DNA of 21,444 bases, taken from positions 1 through 21,444 of the forward strand of contig JAHHIK010000131.1 in NCBI GenBank assembly GCA_019358935.1, in the 5' to 3' direction. A program made the translations under genes and the position numbers. The notes under the pieces were generated by a model. It searched no databases and was not told where the DNA came from. It worked only from the letters and a program-made list of their open reading frames with translations. Source of the DNA: Tolypothrix carrinoi HA7290-LM1. GTDB taxonomy: Bacteria > Cyanobacteriota > Cyanobacteriia > Cyanobacteriales > Nostocaceae. This document shows, piece by piece, positions 17,224 to 21,444 of the stretch; position 1 is the stretch's first letter, and each line of letters starts with the position of its first letter.

Positions 17224-20200
17224 TTATCTTGCCATTCCACCTACAAGTGCAGCTTGGTTATCGCTTGTAACTATTTGCTGCTGTAAATCTTGCCAGCAAA
17301 CGTTTTCCAAACTGGGTAAAACAACATGTGCTTTACCCACTCTTTCCACTAGACCTAGTCCAACAGTTCGCATTCCGGCAACCAGCGCACCTTCTACACC
17401 TGCGCTTGCGTCTTCCACCACCACACACTCGGAGGGTGAAAGTCCTAATTTTTCGGCAGCAAATAGAAATACATCTGGTGCTGGTTTCGGTTGGGAGACG
17501 CTGTAACCATCAGCTACAGCATCTAATTTATCAGCAATACCCAAGCGATCGATGACAGTTTGGGCATTTTTACTAGATGAACCTAAAGCGACTTTAACCC
17601 CAGCATCTCGCAATTCCTGTAATAAATTCGCTACTCCAGGCAGCAGATTATCTGGCTTGATACTGTGCATGAATTCGAGGTAGTAGCGGTTTTTACGTTC
17701 CATCATCTCCTGAATTTGTTCTTCAGTTGCCTCGCTGTCGCCTAATATATGCAGCAGCGATTCTCGACGCGGTAATCCTCGCATCGTTTCATTTGCCTCG
17801 CGGTCAAAAGGAATACCTTCTTCATCTGCCAGTCGCTTCCAACCTAAATAGTGAAACTCCGAAGTATCAGTTAAAACGCCATCTAAGTCAAAGATGACAC
17901 CTTGAATTTGGGAGGGGGAGGAGGGGGGAGACAAGGGAGAGGGGGGAGACAAGGGAGAAATTTTTCCAAAAAGTCCTCCTTGTCCTCCTTGTCCCCCTTG
18001 TCCCCCTTGTCTCCTTGTCTCCAAAGAGTCCTGTTCACTGGCTGTCAAATCAAAGTCATACCACTCATTGCGCCATTGCAAGCGAAACTTGAGGCGTGTC
18101 CAATTAGGTGGTAAATTAGGACAAGCTACAGGACCAAATTGAGTCATGCGGATACCGCCAAACCCGAAAATCACTGCTTGCCAAACTCCACCAGCACTGG
18201 CTGCGTGAACTCCTTCACCTGCGTTACGTCGGACATCTTCCAAATCTACCAATGCTGCCCGCATAAAGTGGGTATACGCTTCGGTTGGTTGGTTGAGGTC
18301 GCAAGCTAAGATGGCGTTAATTGCAGGACCCAGAGAAGAACCATAAGTGTGGTCGGTGCGGGGGTTATAATAGTCCCAATTGCTAGCGAGGGTTTTGCAG
18401 TCATAGCGATCGCGTAGCAAATACAGTAACATCAACACATCAGGCTGTTTGAGAATTTGCTTTTCGCTAGTGGCTTCAATTCCCAGCAAACCTTGCATAG
18501 ATTTGGTGCGAGGTTCGTAGTCTTCTAAATTGACATGTTCTAGCCCGAAAAAGCCTTCAAATTGCTCAATCAAACCAGTTTGGGCATCTTGATTCACAAA
18601 TATATGCTCTCGTATATCAGCCCAGCGCTGCAATCTTTCGCTAACTAAATCGAGTTGTTGCGCCAGATGTGCCCAGGTATCGGGATAAGCTTGTTTTAGC
18701 CAGTTCCACATCTCCAAAGCTGATTGTAAGTGCCATTGCACCATCAAATTGGTGAAGGCATTATTATCGACGCGATCGTGATTTTCATCGGGTCCAATCA
18801 CATCACGAATATCGTAACATTGGCGCTGTTGATTCCATTCAACCCGACTTTCCCAGAAAACAGCCGTATCTAAGATAATTTCCGCACCATAGTCGCGCAT
18901 CCACTCATCATCGCCGGTAATCTGCCAGTATTGCCAAACTGCATAAGCTACATCAGCGGTGATATGCACTTCAATGTCACCGCACCAAATGCGAACTAAA
19001 TTCCCATGAGGATCGGGAACCCACCGGGGAGTAACTTCATCCCCAGTTGTGGCACTTTCCCACGCATACATTGCCCCTTTGTATCCAGTTTCTTGAGCTT
19101 TGCGTCGCGCTCCTGGTAAACTGTGGTAGCGATAGGTAAGCAAGTTACGCGCTAAGGCGGGTTGAGTTAAAGTCAACAAGGGCAAGACAAAAATTTCTGT
19201 ATCCCAAAAAATATGTCCGCGATAGGCGAAACCAGAGAGGGTTTTGGGAGGAATACTTACTCTATCGTCGTGACGCGGTGCAACTGCCAGCAATTGAAAG
19301 AGATTGTAACGGATGCTGAGTTGAGCCTCGCTGTCGCCTTCAATAATTATATCATTATCTTGCCAAACTTGATCCCAAGCGGTAATATGAGCCGCTAACA
19401 AAGTGCTGTAACAAGGTTCATCAGCTAACCGTTGCAGCGCAGCTTCCATCGGCTTTTCAGTTTCCCTGGAAGTAAACACGGTGACAATCTTTTCTACAGT
19501 CACCGTTTGCTTTGGCTGTAGTTGCAAACAGGTAGCGGAAGAGGGGGGGAGTGGGGGAGTGAGGGATGAGGGAGACAAGGGAGACAAGGAAGAGGGGGGA
19601 GACAAGGGAGATGAGGAAGAAATTCCCCCTTGTCCCCCTTGTCCCCCTTGTCCCCCTTGTCCTCCTTGTCCCCCTGTCCCCTTGTCTCCCTCTACCACCA
19701 ACTTAGCAGCCATTCCCAGTTGAATTTCTGAGTGAAGAGTTTTTCCGTGTAGCCAGATAGTATTATCAGCGCTACCTTGGTTGAGAGTTTGCCAGTGTTT
19801 TACACCTTGGGTATCTTGTTCTGCGTTAAACTGAAATTCAACTTCGATATCACCTGCAAAATCTATTGATGTGATTTGACAACGGATTGCTAAAACATGT
19901 TGATCTGCTAAAGAAGCAAAACGCTCAAAGTGAAAATCTAAAGTATGACCGTTAGGCGATCGCCATCTCACATCACGGCTAACTATACCCAAACGCATAT
20001 CCAGCCGACGTTCGTATTTGAGGATTTCACCACTATCCATACTAAAGCGATCGCCTGCGACTTTCACCACTAAAGGCAACCAGCTTGGGCAGTTGACAAG
20101 TTCCGTATAAGCAATGCTTGTATCATCATACACACCATGAATTAGTGTGGCTGGGCAATCTTGGGGATAACCTTCCTCGAAACTTCCCCGCGTTCCCAAG

Positions 20201-20334
20201 TAACCGTTACCAAGGGTGAAGACAGTTTCCTTGTGGTGTAACGCTTTCGGATCGAACTCTGTTTCAATAATGTGCCAAAAAGAGGCGTCAATTAGTTGTT
20301 TTTGTTGAGAATTATCAGCAGATACATTAAGCAT
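17224..20334 (-). CDS. pgmB: GH65 alpha-glucoside (kojibiose/trehalose/maltose-type) phosphorylase fused to beta-phosphoglucomutase (HAD)
   Basis: GH65 motifs ETVFTLGNGYLGTRG, YRGHIFWDTE, VIGPDE (catalytic Glu) and KQPDV; HAD motifs FDLDGVLTDT, KPAPDVF and VVEDA. ATG 20334 preferred over TTG 20373. The symbol refers to the C-terminal domain only. Confidence 0.95.
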   Translation of the reverse strand: MLNVSADNSQQKQLIDASFWHIIETEFDPKALHHKETVFTLGNGYLGTRGSFEEGYPQDCPATLIHGVYDDTSIAYTELVNCPSWLPLVVKVAGDRFSMDSGEILKYERRLDMRLGIVSRDVRWRSPNGHTLDFHFERFASLADQHVLAIRCQITSIDFAGDIEVEFQFNAEQDTQGVKHWQTLNQGSADNTIWLHGKTLHSEIQLGMAAKLVVEGDKGTGGQGGQGGQGGQGGQGGISSSSPLSPPSSLSPLSPSSLTPPLPPSSATCLQLQPKQTVTVEKIVTVFTSRETEKPMEAALQRLADEPCYSTLLAAHITAWDQVWQDNDIIIEGDSEAQLSIRYNLFQLLAVAPRHDDRVSIPPKTLSGFAYRGHIFWDTEIFVLPLLTLTQPALARNLLTYRYHSLPGARRKAQETGYKGAMYAWESATTGDEVTPRWVPDPHGNLVRIWCGDIEVHITADVAYAVWQYWQITGDDEWMRDYGAEIILDTAVFWESRVEWNQQRQCYDIRDVIGPDENHDRVDNNAFTNLMVQWHLQSALEMWNWLKQAYPDTWAHLAQQLDLVSERLQRWADIREHIFVNQDAQTGLIEQFEGFFGLEHVNLEDYEPRTKSMQGLLGIEATSEKQILKQPDVLMLLYLLRDRYDCKTLASNWDYYNPRTDHTYGSSLGPAINAILACDLNQPTEAYTHFMRAALVDLEDVRRNAGEGVHAASAGGVWQAVIFGFGGIRMTQFGPVACPNLPPNWTRLKFRLQWRNEWYDFDLTASEQDSLETRRQGGQGGQGGQGGLFGKISPLSPPSPLSPPSSPSQIQGVIFDLDGVLTDTSEFHYLGWKRLADEEGIPFDREANETMRGLPRRESLLHILGDSEATEEQIQEMMERKNRYYLEFMHSIKPDNLLPGVANLLQELRDAGVKVALGSSSKNAQTVIDRLGIADKLDAVADGYSVSQPKPAPDVFLFAAEKLGLSPSECVVVEDASAGVEGALVAGMRTVGLGLVERVGKAHVVLPSLENVCWQDLQQQIVTSDNQAALVGGMAR
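17910..18022. repeat. Composite palindromic 9-mer element, in frame in the GH65-PGM linker
   Basis: Encodes [35 protein letters not shown]; spacer gaaatttttccaaaaagt. Confidence 0.92.
19537..19692. repeat. Composite palindromic 9-mer element, in frame in the GH65 N-terminal domain
   Basis: Encodes [51 protein letters not shown]; spacer gaaatt. Confidence 0.92.
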
Positions 20335-20733
20335 GGCGTAAGAAGACCTATATTTGCGGCTAGCTGTGGGCAAGATGAAATAGAATTTTTAGGGGCAACA
20401 AAGCGTGATTAACTTCTTGCCTTTCTTGTGCGCGACTGTTTCGGCTGTGATTATAGCCCAAACAGCCACAAGTGACGTTGGGTTGATTAAAAACGTTCCC
20501 GTTTTCATCCCCCTATAGATAGGTTTAATGAATAGCTTAGGTTAATAATGATAATTGCTACAAAATATACGATTTTATACGTTTAGAGAAAAAATGTAGA
20601 AAAACTACATATTTTGCATTGTAACGATTGTGCATTTTTGTGCATTCTGGGATTTGGCTGTAGATGAGGCGATCGCTATTTTCCCCAAACACGTACACAC
20701 AAGCAGTAGCATGTCTGCCAAATAACACATATT

Positions 20734-20762
20734 GTAGAGGCGTTCGGTCCGGAACGTCTCTA
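20734..20762. repeat. REP-like palindrome
   Basis: tagaggcgttc-ggtccg-gaacgtctcta forms a near-perfect stem. Confidence 0.65.
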
Positions 20763-20779
20763 TTGAATGACGCGATATT

Positions 20780-20881
20780 ATATCAAATCCGCTTGATCTG
20801 AATAATTAAAAAACCGCAGAGACGCTGAGGACGCAGAGAAAGAGGAAAAAGAAATAATTCCGATACAAACAAATTTGATAT
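20780..20881. mobile_element. MITE-like element of about 100 bp
   Basis: ATATCAAAT ... ATTTGATAT terminal inverted repeats that extend imperfectly inward. The internal cgcagagacgctgaggacgcagag motif resembles, in reverse, 10631-10657. Confidence 0.6.
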
Positions 20882-20950
20882 TAGACAATATTTTGGGAAT
20901 TTATCAGCACCTTACGTAAAAAGTCTCTTAAATTCTTATTCCTTTGCGAC

Positions 20951-21037
20951 GGCAGTTGCGCGTCTGCCGGGAGACCCTTTCAGCAGTCGCTCATGGGGGA
21001 AACCCCCAAGACCGCGCTGCTTCACCAACGCACTGCC
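20951..21037. repeat. Nested small dispersed palindromic repeats
   Basis: Outer GGCAGT...ACTGCC stem encloses inner AGCAG...GGGGGAAACCCCC...CTGCT. Confidence 0.7.
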
Positions 21038-21444
21038 TTGACGAGTGCGTGAAATAATCATCCCAAAAAGTTATGGGGATGATTGCGAAATCACCCCCAC
21101 ATTCCTTTATTATTAGAATTTACTTGCAACAGCCTTATTGCAACTTATATTTACTCAGCAATATCAACTAAACTTTCAAGCTGAGAATCAGCCAATGTCG
21201 GGGAAGTAAAAATACGAGAGTAGAGACTTGATGGCTGTTGCTGGGCGAATACTGGCAAAACCTGACGCGCATGAGTTGCAACTTCCACTGCCTTAACCTC
21301 ATAAGTCTGGGTTGCTAACTTAGTACATGTCACCGCAAAAAAGGGTCGGAAATAGAGGAGGATATTTTTTGTAGGGTGGCATAAAAATCAGACATGCAAG
21401 GACGTATCTCAAGTATCCGGGTTGAAATAACTGGTGAGCAGCAA

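Larger units (their letters stand above)
314..20676. repeat. About 20 dispersed HIP1 octamers (GCGATCGC)
   Basis: Examples at about 314, 554, 2331, 2588, 2908, 4053, 8170, 13886, 14540, 18407 and 20669. HIP1 is a cyanobacterial hallmark. Confidence 0.92.

Noticed and set aside
17171..19723. Plus-strand ORFs with LSP, CPP or GGR runs
   Set aside because: They are open mainly because the repeats lack stop codons, and they are antisense to GH65-PGM.
20594..20610. ATGTAG-AAAAA-CTACAT palindrome as an NtcA box upstream of GH65
   Set aside because: The spacing is GTA-N7-TAC, not the canonical N8. It could be another operator, but nothing supports that.
21151..21333. 60-aa minus-strand GTG ORF
   Set aside because: It has no RBS or recognisable motif, and an in-frame stop upstream shows it is not the tail of a longer gene in this frame.
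1..21444. CRISPR array, tRNA or rRNA
   Set aside because: The repeats are tandem or inverted without unique regularly sized spacers, including next to iscB, and no cloverleaf or rRNA signatures were seen.

Overview
The window looks like chromosomal DNA of a filamentous, probably heterocystous (Nostocales-like) cyanobacterium. It has about 20 HIP1 octamers (GCGATCGC), heptamer STRR-type arrays and small dispersed palindromic repeats. Left to right: (1) a minus-strand gene missing from the ORF track because it runs off the left edge, encoding an intact caspase (C14) domain, a degenerate second caspase-like domain and a STAND-type P-loop NTPase; it is divergent from a sigma-70-like regulator plus a DUF1822 gene, a candidate protease/anti-sigma/sigma signalling module; (2) DUF4870, Gfo/Idh/MocA oxidoreductase, tandem-SH3, secreted hypothetical, DUF1003 and retropepsin-like protease genes; (3) a RelE-type toxin-antitoxin pair with three separate lesions; (4) a filamentous-haemagglutinin-type TpsA protein; (5) an IscB (OMEGA) element with an upstream omegaRNA/HEARO, a 1-nt frameshift and imperfect inverted ends; (6) small ORFs, two of them behind a c-di-AMP (ydaO) riboswitch; (7) a GH65 phosphorylase/beta-phosphoglucomutase fusion carrying two in-frame palindromic 9-mer repeat insertions; (8) a repeat-rich intergenic tail. 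All family assignments come from motifs recognised by eye; no searches were run.
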